From NCBI RefSeq assembly GCF_009914755.1, contig NC_060931.1: a stretch of 64,000 nucleotides of DNA, one strand, 5' to 3'. A program made the position numbers and the translations under genes. The DNA is from the human T2T-CHM13v2.0 reference genome, Homo sapiens. Positions 1 to 22,876 of this stretch are shown here, piece by piece; the first letter of the stretch is position 1; the number at the start of each line of letters is the position of its first letter. The notes below the pieces were generated by a model. It had not been told where the DNA came from and searched no databases. It was given only the letters and a program-made list of their open reading frames with translations.

Positions 1-194
1 TCCCAAATGCCACATTTGACAGGTCCCTGATTCATAGTGTGAGATGTCAGTCTGCTTTCAGATTCAGGAGCAAAGTTATTTGGTTGTCTGCCTGCCTGGG
101 AGCTATGAGAAGATGACTTGGAAAGAGACACATTCAGAGTGTTCTGATTGTCTAGGAGCTGTTTCGTGTTTCTCTCCTTATGCCAGCATACCAA

Positions 195-831
195 TTCAGG
201 GCTCAGAAATCGATATCCCGAAAAATCTCACTTTGTACATGCTGAACTGAAAAAGGAGGCTTAAGTTGTCTTTGACATTCTGTCCACCTTCCACACCCCA
301 CCACCATCTCTCCCAAAGCACAGGACAAAGTTATTCTCTGAAATTCCTTTATCTGCTTAAAGTTCAGCCCTACCAAAGAAGAAGACAATTACCTCCAGTA
401 TTGTCCATGCCCTGATTTTCATTAACTAAACTTATATGGCAGGAAGAATGGCTGAGGTCAACAAACCTGGACAGATTTTTGTCACAAACCATTGTCTGCT
501 CTGCAAGCCCAGCAGACTTTGCCAGAGGCCATTGTATGTTCTTCAAGCCCATTGAAATCTCTCTAGTAATCATTTATTTCCCCTCAAAAAAACTCCTCTT
601 TTTCCCCTCCTATAACCTGTTTTGCCAAGATCCAAGCCCCATTCTTTCTGTAACCTCAAGATGGTTTATAAGCTTCTGCACCCCACTGGGGGATTGAGTC
701 TTCATTCTGAAGGCTCCTGTGTAAACACATGAAATAAATTTGTTTGCTTTTTCTCCAATTAATCTGCCTCTACAAGCTGATTTTTAAGTGAACCTTTTGA
801 GGGTGAAGGAAAATTCCCTTTTGTTCCTACA
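195..831 (+). mobile_element. MER39-like ERV1 solo LTR
   Basis: Start GGGCTCAGAAATCGATATCCC...CATGCTGAACTGAA resembles the MER39 5' end; AATAAA near 733; ends in CCTACA. Confidence 0.75.
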
Positions 832-1451
832 CCAGCCTCTAAGCAGCAGTGGTGTGGGTGGTTCAGAATTTGTACAATAAGGTAGGCATAGTAGTGGAAG
901 GAGATCCAGACAGAGAATTCAGAATGAAATAAATGACTGAGGTAATGAAAAGAACTTGAATTTCACTGAATGTTTTTCTGAGAGAACCTCAGATTTTTAT
1001 AACCAGATTGAATTGCAGACATCATTGGACTGGACTAAGATTTAAGTGGGAAAGGAGCAAAAAATGTGATGTTTATTCTAGTGGTTCAAGTTTCAGAACA
1101 GAGTGCAGCTGTGAGATTAAAACTAGCTCTGTGTTTAGTCACGGCTGAGATGAGATTCCTCACACAGGCTGACGATTATTGTAATTTTCTTATTATAAAA
1201 ATAATACATATTTCCCACAGAAAATGCACTTTGTCTTTCCTCTTGAGTTTTCTATAATTTTAGTTGTTGGTTCCTGCTTATTCTGGGAGTCTTTTAGAGA
1301 AGGTATGGGCTAGGTCACCTAGAATATGATGACTTTCACTGCTATATTAAGTCTGTGTGTACAGTTAAGGTTTCCTTCATTGTTGGTGACCAAGAGAATC
1401 AAAAGGTTTTTTTTTTTTTAGGAGATCAGTGTATTTTTATGAGGAGATCCA

Positions 1452-1815
1452 TGTAGTCCATTCTCACACTGCTATAAAGAATTGCTGAGACTGGGTAATT
1501 TATAAAGAAAAGAGGTTTAGTTGATTCACAGTTCTGCATGGCTTGGGGGGGCCTCAGGAAATTTACAATCAAGACCAAAGGGGAGGCAGGCATGTCTTAC
1601 ATGGCGGCAGGAGAGAGAGAGTGTGCGAAGGGGAAGCACCCTTTATTAAATCATCAGCTTCTGTGAGAGCTCCCTCACTGTCACAAGAACAGCATGGGGA
1701 AAACCACTCCCTTGATCCATCACCTCCCACAATGTACCTCTCAGGACACATTGAGATTATGGGGATTACAATTTGAGATGAGATTTGGGTGAGGACACAG
1801 AGCCAAACCATATAA
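1452..1815 (-). mobile_element. THE1/MST MaLR LTR
   Basis: GCTATAAAGAA...CTGGGTAATTTATAAAGAAAAGAGG...GAGATTTGGGTGAGGACACAGAGCCAAACCATAT. Confidence 0.9.
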
Positions 1816-1932
1816 ATCCATTAGGGGAAAATATCTATGTGATAAGGCAGAGAAAGAACAGGCAGTTACATGCTACCATATAAATGTAGAGGCAGAATTC
1901 CTCTAGAATTTCATTTAGAATTTATCTACTCT

Positions 1933-2239
<307 letters not shown>

Positions 2240-2959
2240 TCATCCTATGCACCAGGACTACAGGCATGAGCCACCATGCCAGCCTAAGTGGTAACTTTTA
2301 GGGCATGATACAGATAATCCAATCACCTCCAGGTACAAGTCATCAGGAAATAGACCATCTGATGAATTAAACTCTTGTCTTCACAAACACCCCTTCACGT
2401 CTGTTAAATGCCTACTTGAGCTAAAGCATTGAAAGGAATAAACTACCAGGAATAAAGGTGTTGGAGCTTGATTCTTAAAGGTCAGCTTGGGGTGAGGGGG
2501 AGCAAAATTTCTTTCCTTTATGTCTAAGTTGCAAAAAAATGATTGACCTCTGATATTTCCTACAAGTTAATCTTTGATTTCATGAAAAGAATTGACTTAA
2601 GTACTAGAAATTCTAAAGAAAATTCTAAAGGAATTCTACCTCTAGCTTCAAATGGTGAATTTCCTTTATGAATTCCTTTTGGGGAGAAGACATGGCAATT
2701 TTTGTTGGCTGAATTCACATATCTTGAGCTTTATGAACTAAATGATGAGGAAGACTGTTGAGGACTGTTGGAGCAAATTCCTCCTACGCAACTAAGTCAC
2801 ATAAGTAGATTGTGTCATTTGAGAAATGATAGCTCAGAACTCCAACACGTTACAGAGAGGTTGTTGAGAATATATTGAAGGCCAAAGGTAGTGAATCACC
2901 AGACAGGCGTAAGTGTGCATTGAATGGTGTTTTGGGCTCTTACCGTATTCAAGGCAAAA

Positions 2960-3140
2960 CACATTTACTTGAATTACTTCATTTAACCCTCACAGTAACC
3001 CCACTGAGTTGAGTGTTATTGGCCTCATTTTATAGGTGAGTAAACAGAAACTTTAAGAGATTTAATAACTCTCTCAAGTCTCTGAACAAGTGAGTAGCAG
3101 ATTCAGCCCTCAAATCCAGTGTATAGTTTTGCTCTTAACC
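2960..3140 (-). mobile_element. MIR fragment
   Basis: CATTTAACCCTCACAGTAAC...CATTTTATAGGTGAGTAAACAG resembles the MIR core. Confidence 0.7.
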
Positions 3141-3420
3141 ATTTTTTTTCATATTTGGTTGTGTTATATGCAGTCTGGAATATGATCTTGCTTTCATAGC
3201 ATGATTTTGCTGTCAAACCATATTTTTATCTGGACTGAAAGTTACATTCTCCAGAGAACCAGAGTGTTATAAATGCAGATTTTCTAATAAATCTGGACTC
3301 AAGAAGGGAGGTTCTTATTGCAGAGTTTGGTTTCATGCACAGAAAAGGTAGAGTTCCTTATTTTCCAGGTATCTAGGAAATGGTGATGAATACCAAGAAG
3401 GATCTTAATGGATGTGCTTG

Positions 3421-3720
3421 TTTATTTTATTTATTTATTTGTTTTTGTGATGGAGTCTTGCTCTGTTGCCCAAGCTGGAGGGCAGTGGTGCAATCTTGGC
3501 TCACTGCAACCTCCGCCTCCTGGGTTTAAGTAATTTTCATGCCTCAGCCTCCTGAGTAGCTGGGAGCGTGCAACTACACCTGGCTAATTTTTGTATTTTT
3601 AGTAGAGATAGGGTTTCACCATGTTGGCCAGGCTAGTCTCGAACTCCTGACTTCAGGTGATCCACCTGCCTCGGCCTCCCAAAGTGCTGGGATTCGAGGC
3701 TTGAGCCACTGTGCCTGGCC
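3421..3720 (-). mobile_element. AluS
   Basis: Antisense dimer with T-rich tail. Confidence 0.95.
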
Positions 3721-3779
3721 TACAAGTTTATTTTTGATTTCATGAGAAGAAATCAACTTAAGTATTAGATAACCTTAAC

Positions 3780-3935
3780 TCTGGTTCCACTTCTCCCATT
3801 ATCTTGTTGTGTGGTTTTGGAAAAGTTAATGAACCTCTCTGGATGTTGGGTTTCTTAAAGCAGGCAAAGCACATTTACCATCCTTCATTCACAGCATTAT
3901 TAGGAACAAATAAAATATTATGTGTACAACGACAA
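3780..3935 (+). mobile_element. MIR fragment
   Basis: GTGTGGTTTTGGAAAAGTTAATGAACCTCTCTG resembles the MIR core. Confidence 0.55.
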
Positions 3936-4089
3936 ATATTTCAGTCCCCAGTAGTGAATGGAGAAGGCCATAGTTGTGTTTGAGGTGGTTTTTATGTATC
4001 TGTGGCCAGGATGTAGCCTTGGGCTGAATGTATTTTTAGGTTCTTGCATTTGTAGGAAAAGCAGTATAGATACAGGAAGATTTGGGCTC

Positions 4090-4380
4090 AGACTGGGTGC
4101 AGTGGCTCACACCTGTAATCCCAGCACTTTGGGAGGCCTAGGTGAGAGGATTGCTTGAGGCCAGGAGTTTGAGATCAACCTGGGCAACGCAGCAAGAGCC
4201 CATCTCTACACACACAAACACAAAAAACAAAATTAGCCAGGTATAGTGGTGCACACCTGTCATCCTAGCTACTTGCAAGGCTGAGGCAGGAGAATTGATT
4301 GAGATCAGGAGCTGGAGGCTGCAGTGAGCTATGATTGCACAATTGCGCTCCAGCTTGGGTGAGAGAGCAAGACCCTGACT
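4090..4380 (+). mobile_element. AluJ
   Basis: Dimer with J-type GAGGATTGCTTGAGGCC and GAGGCTGCAGTGAGCTATGAT. Confidence 0.9.
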
Positions 4381-4391
4381 TGCTTTCTCGA

Positions 4392-4619
<228 letters not shown>

Positions 4620-4809
4620 ATCTGGGGTTGGTGTTTCAAGTAAATAAAAATTTGCCAGTGAGTAGGGGGGCAATTGGATATCACTAAAGGGGGACACTTC
4701 AGGGAGGACTTTGATCACCACTTCAATGTTACCTAGAATTATCCTCCACCCCTACCATTAGAATAGCGACCCAGCTTGGGAAGGATAGGGATTCCCGCCT
4801 CCACCCCCC

Positions 4810-6090
<1,281 letters not shown>

Positions 6091-6189
6091 GGGCCTTTAT
6101 TTTTAATATGTGATTCAGGATTGCCTTTTCCACATAGATTTCTCCAACTATTTCAGTACTTATGCTCTCTCTCTCTCTCTCTCTCTCTA

Positions 6190-6914
<725 letters not shown>

Positions 6915-7134
6915 TAGGCAGCCAATTAAAACAAATCTCACTAATTCTGTATGCAGCAACTCACAGGAGATTCACAAGCAATCTGTATGGTAGGTGAGAT
7001 CATTTTTGCTTCCGTGAATCAAAAGTAACATAGCTGATGGCAAAGACAGGATTTGGACCCATGTCCTCTGAGTCTTCATATGGCATGTTAAAATAACATC
7101 TATATAGAACAAAGGGTTAGAAGGAAGAAATGAG

Positions 7135-7781
<647 letters not shown>

Positions 7782-8999
7782 TCTAGAAAAAAATACAACT
7801 GACTATTTAGCTTATCTACAGATATAAACAAAAGCACTGGGTGAAAGAAATAACATATTTTGTTGTAGGACTCTACTGTGACCAAACCAGATTTCTAGAT
7901 TGAGTCATTTTTAATTTTTCACCCACTTTACCCCAGTAATAACAAGAGTGTAACCAATGTCTTTTTGCATAAAACTGTTCTTTCCTCACCAATCTTGAAT
8001 TATTGCTTTAAGATAAGTTTTCAGAACCAGAATTCAGAGATAATGTTTCTGTGTACTTTTACTATTCTTTACAGATAATTCTGAAAAGAGGGAACTAATT
8101 CATATTCTAACCAAAAGTATATGAGGCTGCACATTGCATTATATATTCCTCACAATTTGGATCATCATTTTTCTATCTTTGCTAATTTCACAGACAGAAA
8201 AGGACCTCCTACTTTATTGTATTTTTCCATTTCTGCTGTGGCTATATATTGTTCTAAAAGTTTGTTAGAAATTCTTTGTGTTTTTTGTTTTATGAGTGGA
8301 TCTCTAAGTGTTTATTTAAATTATTCATTTGCTCTGTAGAAGATAATTAAATATTAAATACACGAATCATTTGTTATATTTGTTGGAAAATGTTAATTAT
8401 TTTAACCCCAAATTTTTTTCATGTAAAATATGGAGGTTGCCTTCCCGAAGCCCTGATATTTAAGCAAGCAGTTTAGAAGAAAGCAAGGCTGTGCTTGTAT
8501 GAAATAAACATCTCTGCTGTCAGTTAACTATATCCACCTAATCCCCCGGATTTTACCTTGTATGTAACTGGCTTCCTCCCCACCCCATCTCCGCCTTCCA
8601 TTTTTGAGCTGCAATTCCTCCTCTAAGTGGGATTTGAAATATGAACAAATGGTAATTGTCTTTTATCTCATCTCCATCTCTCTCTCCTCCCCTCCCAGAC
8701 TCTGCTTATGCATTAAGTACCATAACATTCACAGGATGGGCCTGCGAACCATCTGCCATTACACAGAGAGAGCAGTTGAGAAGAAATCATGTGTAGATTA
8801 AAGGCTGTCTCCTTCTGTCACTTAAACAAGCACATCCCAGATTTGTACTGTAATATAAATGAGAGAGGTAAGCTAAATGTCTGGGCCGTTTAAGTTGTAT
8901 GAAATTAGTACCGTGTGGTTGGACAATTCCCCAGAAGGTACTGGGAGAAACATCATCCCATGAATATCTCGGTGGAATTTTTTAAAATATAGGATGGAG

Positions 9000-9278
9000 G
9001 GCTGGGCACAGTGGCTCATGCCTGTAATCCCAGCACTTTGGGAGGCCGAGGTGGGTGGACCACGAGGTCAGGAGATCGAGACCATCCTGGCCAATATGGT
9101 GAAACCCCGTCTCTACTAAAAATACAAAAATTAGCTGGCATGGCGGTGAGTGCCTGTAATCCCAGCTACTCGGGAGGCTGAGGCAGGAGAATTGCTTGAA
9201 ACTGGGAGTCGGAGGTTGCAGTCAGCCAAGATCATGTCACTGTAAAACAGAGAGAGACTCCGTCTCAAAAAAAAAAAA
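9000..9278 (+). mobile_element. AluSc-like
   Basis: GGAGATCGAGACCATCCTGGCC; small 3' deletion. Confidence 0.9.
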
Positions 9279-9408
9279 TTTATATATATATATGATGAAG
9301 AGCAAGAGAAGATAGCAGCAGTTAATCAAGGCAGAAAGCTAAAGACAGCGAAATAAAATATTTGTTCAAAATCTGTTACACGTGATTGCATCTGTGCCAT
9401 GTGAAAAA

Positions 9409-9585
9409 TCATTTGTTCATTGATTCATTCACTCATCCACTTATTCACTCAACACATGGGCATGGCATGCTAAGGGCAAGGTGGTGACTGTGTGTGAGTT
9501 TGGTACAGTCTTGGCTCCTATAAACATCACGGGCTAATGGAGGTGTAGACAAGCAAATAAATAACCAAGTGCTATGATCAGGATG
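9409..9585 (-). mobile_element. L2 3' fragment
   Basis: (TTCA)n-like antisense tail CATTCACTCATCCACTTATTCACTCAAC. Confidence 0.6.
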
Positions 9586-9733
9586 AGGTTCTTAAAAGGG
9601 CCTGCCCTTTGCAGCTGACACATCTCAATTAGACTTTGAGCCTAGGAAACTCACTGGCTGTATGACTTTGGACTTAAACTTTCTGAGGCTTAAATCTATC
9701 ATTTATAATATATGCATAAAAACATCTCTCTCT

Positions 9734-10123
<390 letters not shown>

Positions 10124-11044
10124 TCAGAGCCTATATTCAACAGGTATTTAATAGGTGATTAAAAACAAAGGCACAAAGTACAATGGTAATTCCAAAAAAA
10201 TTAAAAATAAAAACACTTTAAAAAGAGTCATCACAATAGAGGGGATATTTGGGTTTTGGGGGAAATGTAGGAGTTCTCCAGGTAAACAAATCAGAGAGAA
10301 AATTCCAGGCACACAGATGAACATACACAAAGCCTGAGAAGAATGAAACTGCCAACAATTTGGGATAATACTTGAAGAAAGTCCTGTCGTAAATGTGGAA
10401 AGTCACCAAGAAAGTTTGACATATTTCCTGTCATGAGGCTTTGCATGGGGTCATGGTCAGTGAAATGTCCCTCTGTTTGGCAAGCCTAGAAACTTGATAT
10501 TGTCATTGCACTCTCAGGGGAACTGATCTTCAGAAAGACTAACACTAACCCAACTCTCAATAGACTGATGTATAACCAGAAAGCCTGTGTTACCTCCCAT
10601 TGAGATCCCTATAAATAAAGGGTACTTACAGTAGCATATCAACACCTTTCCCCCCTCTACATAGGTGCATGGAAGATGGCTTCTCAGATCAGACAGCTTG
10701 AGATACATTTTTGTCTAATAAGAAGAGTGAAAGGGCTGTAGTGCGCTCTCTCTTTTCTGCTGAGGGATATCACCAAGACAAAAGATGCCTCTCTGAATCT
10801 TGGCCATACTGACCAACAACTGCCTGTTCTAGTTAAAAAGAGAATAATTTTTGAGATTGTTAACTCATTCGCTTAGATCATGGTTAATCTTGCTCCTGTC
10901 TGGGAGGCAGTCAGTACCCCAGCAACGACCATATGCCTTTTTGCTCTGATCCTTCAGGTAACTTGCCTCTCACTGTAGCTATACTTCCTAGAACAGTGCC
11001 TCTCCACCGTCAGCACACAGCAGATATCGCTTAAAGAATGAATG

Positions 11045-12010
<966 letters not shown>

Positions 12011-12086
12011 GAATACATAAATTATTGGGTTTGCAATATTCTGATTTTATACCTAGCTTTCAGAAGGCTGTCTTTTGGCCGACTGA

Positions 12087-12413
<327 letters not shown>

Positions 12414-12752
12414 TAAGCCAAGGAATAATAATCAGAGACCTCAGTGAGGTCTTCCTCTATGTCTTCCTCTTCTGCACTGAGACAACTATCGTTTCTTCTG
12501 CCTTAGTTGGGTAATTCAAGCCTCTATGATGGTTAATTCCCAAATCTCAGAGGTTAAACACACTCTGGCTGGTCTCTCACTCAGAGCCCCAGGTTGGTAT
12601 TTGCTGGTTGACCTTTCCTGTGTGATAATTCAGGAATTGAAGCTACTTGCATCTACTTTTCTGCCACCCTTGAGAGCAGAGTTTCTCTAAATGTGGTCCT
12701 GAGTCCAGTTGCATCGAGACCACCTGGGAATTTGGAAGAAATGCAAATTCCT

Positions 12753-13016
12753 CTGGGTGCGGTGGCTCACACCTCTAATCTCAACTCTTTGGGAGGCTGA
12801 GGCTGGAGGATCACTTGAGGCCAGGAGCTCGAGATTAGCCTGGGCAACAGAGCAAGATCCCATCTCTAGAGACAAATTTTAAACATTAGCCGGGTGTGGT
12901 GATGCATGCCTGTGGTCCCAGTACTGGGGAGGGTGAGGTGGCTGGAGGATCACTTGAGCCCAGGAGCTGTGGGCTGCAGTGAGCTATGATTGCACCACAG
13001 CACTCCAGCTTGGGCG

Positions 13017-13066
<50 letters not shown>

Positions 13067-13139
13067 AGAGAGAGGGAGAGAGAGAGGGAGAGAGAGAGAC
13101 TCTTTCTGAAAAACAAAAAAATAAAACAACAACAAAAAA
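12753..13139 (+). mobile_element. AluJ containing a (GA)n tract
   Basis: Dimer with GA expansion near the 3' end. Confidence 0.9.
13020..13099. repeat. (GA)n microsatellite
   Basis: About 80 bp of GA/GGGA repeat. Confidence 0.95.
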
Positions 13140-13364
13140 GCAAATTCCTGGGCCCCAGTGCAGACCTACTGAATCAGCAATTCTGAGGGGTGTGCCCAGC
13201 CATCTGTGTTTGAACAAACCCTTCAGGCAATTCTGATAAACCTGACGATTTAGAACCACCTTTCTAAGAGGAAGGTGGCATTTTAGTGACTTGAGTTGGA
13301 ATTTGTTCCAAAGACATAATTTTATTTTGAGAAATTAGATGTAGTAGAAATGGCAATTGTACTG

Positions 13365-13445
13365 TAATTCAACAAGCACTCAACCGAGCGCCTGCTGTGT
13401 GCCAGGCCCTGTAGCAGGCACTGGAGATGCATCAGTAATCAAGAT
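13365..13445 (-). mobile_element. L2 3' fragment
   Basis: ATTCAACAAGCAC...GAGCGCCTGCTGTGTGCCAGGC. Confidence 0.7.
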
Positions 13446-13454
13446 GTTGGTCTA

Positions 13455-13849
<395 letters not shown>

Positions 13850-14095
13850 TCATGGTAATGATAAAGTGAACAATTAGTGATCACGGGCTGAGTGCCAGGC
13901 ACTTGACACGTGTTATTTTACAGAATCTTCACAATCTTTGGGGTGAAGTCACTTTCGTTTCTTCTACATCAGAGATGAAGGTATCAAGACAGAGATTCAG
14001 AAAATTGGCCAAAGCCACACATTTAGTAATTGGGCAAACTGGGATTCAAGTTCAGGCTGTGTGTGGCTCTAAAGTCAGTGTGTGTAACTTGTAGC
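13850..14095 (-). mobile_element. MIR
   Basis: GTGCCAGGCACT...AATCTTCACAA...GCCAAAGCCACACA...GGGATTCAAG. Confidence 0.75.
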
Positions 14096-14294
14096 TTCAA
14101 CTATGGAACCGACGTTAAACTTATGGAAATAGAAGAAAACCCTTATGCCACAGTGTGAAGGAGGTGAAACAGAAGAGGAAGAAAGCTGTTGATGAAAGCT
14201 TCTGTTGCATATTGATAGCAGATGTGTCGGGGCAGTGAGAGAGGCCCTTTGGGAGAGACACACAAGAGTAAGGAAGCCTCTAGAACAGAGAGAT

Positions 14295-14480
14295 GAAGGT
14301 TCAAGCCTCTGTGCGCCTGGATCCTAGCACAGCCCCCACCTACAGGCTGCAGGACCTTAGACAAATCAATTAACCTTTATGAGCTTTACGAGCATATGGC
14401 CTATAAAATGAGGGTGATACCTTTAATGACTGTCTTACAAGGCCATTTTAAGAGTCCAGTGAAAAAAATTATAGCTCACA
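14295..14480 (+). mobile_element. MIR
   Basis: GACCTTAGACAAATCAATTAACC...CTATAAAATGAGG. Confidence 0.6.
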
Positions 14481-14521
14481 TAAAAATTGTACCCACAGAA
14501 GCCGTTCTTAGAAAGCCGAGT

Positions 14522-14815
14522 AGTCCGGGCACTTTAGCTCACAACTGTACTCCCAGCACTTTGGGAGGCTGAGGCAGGTGGATCACCTGAGATCAAGAGT
14601 TTGAGACAAGCCTGACCAATATGGTAAAACCCCGTCTCTACTAAAAATACAAAAATTAGCCAGGCATGGTGACGGGCACCTGTAATCCCAGCTGCTCGGG
14701 AGGCTTAGGCAGGAGAATTGCTTGAACCCGGGAGGCGAGGTTGCAGTGAGCCGCTATCGCACCACTGCACTCCAGCCTGGGCGACAGAGCGAGACTCCAT
14801 CTAAAAAAAAAAAAG
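14522..14815 (+). mobile_element. AluS
   Basis: Full dimer with poly-A. Confidence 0.95.
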
Positions 14816-15942
14816 CAGAGTGGTACTGCAGGCCTTAGTACGAAGCATCTAACATTGCCAGGTTAACATTGGTGGGTTAAATAAGGAGATCCTTGAGCTG
14901 GTCAAAATAAATTCCTGGAAATTCTGCAGACAGGTGAGAGAAAAACATCCAGCGCAGAGAGAGGGACAACCCCACGCAGAGACGCGGGGGCAGGTAACAA
15001 CATGGTGTGTGTGTGGCTATCATAATTGACTTGTGTGAGTGGAAGGGTGAAATGTGACTAAGGAATGAGAAGCCAGGGATGGAAAGAGACAGGTTGCAGT
15101 GATGCTTCTGATATTTTCCATGAGAATGAAAAATCGGTATATTTATATTGAAATGAAAACAAAAATACTGCTGGAGCGTAAATGAGAAAATGTTTCCTGA
15201 AAAACCTGTGCTGGCTTTAGAGCACCAGGCAAACATCAGTTATTGCTGCTGCTGCCCATGTTGTCAAGTGACAGAAAGCTAGAGAATGCTATCCTTCAAA
15301 GATTGGATGTAATTTCAAACCGTTGTAGGAAATGCAAACAAACAAACTAGCAAACAGAACAAAAAAAGCATGCATAAAACATCCTTAGCCAGTGGGGAGG
15401 AGGGATGCCATCTCGATTTAAATTGAAGGTGATTTATTACTGTGAGTAATCAATAGTAGTAGGTCCACATCAATTTTATATCTAATTTAAAATTTTGAGG
15501 TCTCCATGTGCTCATTAAAGAATATAATGGATTTACATATTTTAATTACTTTTTATGGATTGTGAACATAATGTAATTAAGAGACTTTTCAGGAGGTGTG
15601 ATTAATGAACAGGGTGGCCGGACATATGGCAACAGACGCCACACCGAGTGGACTTGGGTGAGAGGACTCCAGCCCCCCCAGCTGACAGCCCAGGACTGAG
15701 CGTTTATGACACTATTCACGGGGATGGGTGATTGGAGCCTCGTGATGCTGTGTAGCAGCAACATGGCAGAAACAGAAGCGATGGGGAGCAAGTGAGGCCA
15801 GCAAGAGGCCAAGTGCAAAGTCTGAATGAGTGTGCATGCCTGTGTGCCACAAAAGATCCTTGCTTTCTGCCTCTTCAGCCTCCCCCAGTCTGCCCCCCAT
15901 CACCTTCCCCACTGCTGCTGCCTTAGTTTCCAAGCCCATTAA

Positions 15943-15945
<3 letters not shown>

Positions 15946-15979
<34 letters not shown>

Positions 15980-16225
15980 TGAGACAGTCTCACTCTGTCA
16001 CCCAGGCTGGAGTGCATTGGTGTGATCTCAGCTTACTGTAACCTCCGCCTCCCGGCTTCAAATGATTCTCCTGTTTCAGCCTCCTGAGTAGCTGGGACTA
16101 CAGGCATGCGCCAGCGTGCCTGGCTAATTTTTGTATTTTTAGTAGAGACAGGGTTTCACCATGTTGGCCAGGCTGGTCTCAAACTTCTGACTTCAGGTGA
16201 TTTGCCTGCCTCAGTCTCCCAAAGT
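15946..16225 (-). mobile_element. AluS
   Basis: Long poly-T followed by antisense dimer. Confidence 0.95.
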
Positions 16226-16227
16226 GA

Positions 16228-17019
<792 letters not shown>

Positions 17020-17063
17020 AAGATTCCCTTCCCTCTTAATGACGAATAATATTTTGATGCATG

Positions 17064-17388
<325 letters not shown>

Positions 17389-17590
17389 TCATCCCATGAT
17401 GGACTTGACAATTTCATTAGCTCTTTCTGCTGTAGTGATGCCTCTCAGCTGGCCTTTCCAGCTCCAATCTCAGGAATCCTCAGGCTCACCTCTTGATAAC
17501 CCACAGGTGGGGTCTTCCTAAGATGATAGGTCACTGTCCTGCTTAAAGCCTGTTGATCTTTGGACATTTGTGATCCCATAGTCAGGTTTA

Positions 17591-18899
<1,309 letters not shown>

Positions 18900-19146
18900 T
18901 AATGATGAAATAGGCAATTCACAGCTCTCATGGTTTGCTTTGCTCTAATAACTTTACAACATCCTTCTTCCTACAAGATCATCGTGAAGGGGCCTCCTGG
19001 ACTGATGCGCCTGAGCGAGCCCCCTCTCCTTTCTCTGGGTCCTCGTGCAGCCTCGCCCTCCCTCTCCAGGGCAATGATCTAATAATGACTGTCTTCTATA
19101 TTGGCCTGCAGTCTCCTCTCCGCTTTCCCCGCCTTGGAATTGCTAT

Positions 19147-19165
19147 TGGCCTCTAGGGGGAGCTC
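19147..19165 (+). promoter_or_regulatory. Candidate CTCF site
   Basis: TGGCCTCTAGGGGGAGCTC matches the CTCF core, in locally CpG-retaining unique DNA. Confidence 0.55.
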
Positions 19166-19449
19166 AAGACCTCATCATGTTGTAGGCCCATGTCCAAGGC
19201 AGGAGTCAACTCACAGATATTCAGTAAATATTTGTGGAATGAAGGGACAGATGACTGAAGGGATGGATGTCAAAAGTAAGGATAAACCTTGGCTTCCGAA
19301 GCTTTTTCTCCGTCAACATTTTATGCTTTTGGATTCTCTCCTCTTTGCTTCGTGTTTGGCTCTGGGGCACTAAGGCCATCTTCTACTTGGATGGAAACAA
19401 ATAGACCTGCCATTCCCCCCACCATTTCTCTTTAGAAAGCCAGGTGCCC

Positions 19450-19888
<439 letters not shown>

Positions 19889-19957
19889 TTAGGCCAGCTA
19901 TTCCAGGTCTTCTAGAGAAATATTTTCATGCCAGAAGTATTTTCCTTCATGTCTTTA

Positions 19958-20572
<615 letters not shown>

Positions 20573-20612
20573 GATTCATTGGTCATTGCCTTGGCTCATC
20601 CCAGAGTGATGA

Positions 20613-20965
<353 letters not shown>

Positions 20966-21694
20966 AAAGCCTTGGTTCTTTGTTCACATCCTGGCGACAC
21001 ATAAAATCTCTGACAACTTATTTGGTGACTATGCTGCTGCTTGAGAACAAAAGTTTCAAATAGCAATAAAATGTTGCTTAGCCTGGACTTTTTCTCTGTT
21101 TCATGAAAATGACTTAAGCCTTGTGTGTGCTTGGTTGAGGATTTTGGAAACTGAATCTTAGCTTACTCATGTAGATACATATTTTTTTTTCTCTCTCAAA
21201 CCTGGAGACAAACAAAAGAATGGTTGCATGGAGGAAGGATTGGTTCATTGTCAGGAAAACGTCAGAGAAACTTTCTCAAAGGGAATTACGTTTTGAGAAT
21301 AAAGGAAGGGGGTTCCAAGTATAACAGATTGTATGGGAGCGAGATTCTACCACGTGGGAATGCCATGTACAAAGGTAAACAGGTGGCACAAAGCACAGGA
21401 CATGGTGTGTTGATGTCAGGGATGGTTGAATCTTAGGATCTAAGGAAGGAGTGGTGAGAGATAAGGCTAGAAGTTGAGAAGTTTCTTGTAATAGCAGACC
21501 CAGGATTCATTCTTCCAACAAGCAATTTTCTCAGCCTCTATTCTGTCTTCTGTCCCAAGGGCTGTGGGTGAGTAAATAAGAAGACTCGTTTTTTGTTGTT
21601 GTTGTTTTTTGCTTCAAGGAGTGTAAACTCCTCCCCACCCCCCACAAAACCCAGAGGGGCTCCGATCCCTCCAATGGTATTGGAGAGTTAATAG

Positions 21695-22156
<462 letters not shown>

Positions 22157-22178
22157 TGACACAATGAAGAGAATATTT

Positions 22179-22308
22179 GGCTGGGCATGGTGGCTCATGA
22201 CTATAATCCCAGCACTTTGAGAGGCCTAGGCAGGAGGATCACTTGAGCCTAGAAGTTCAAGACAAGCCTGGGCAACATAGTGAGACTTGTCTCTATTAAA
22301 GAAAAAAA
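22179..22308 (+). mobile_element. FLAM/Alu left monomer
   Basis: Monomer with A tail. Confidence 0.85.
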
Positions 22309-22309
22309 T

Positions 22310-22876
<567 letters not shown>

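Larger units (their letters stand above)
12675..13265. mobile_element. MER5A DNA transposon split by an Alu
   Basis: AAATGCAAATTCCT [Alu] GCAAATTCCTGGGCCCC...CCTACTGAATCAG. Confidence 0.85.
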
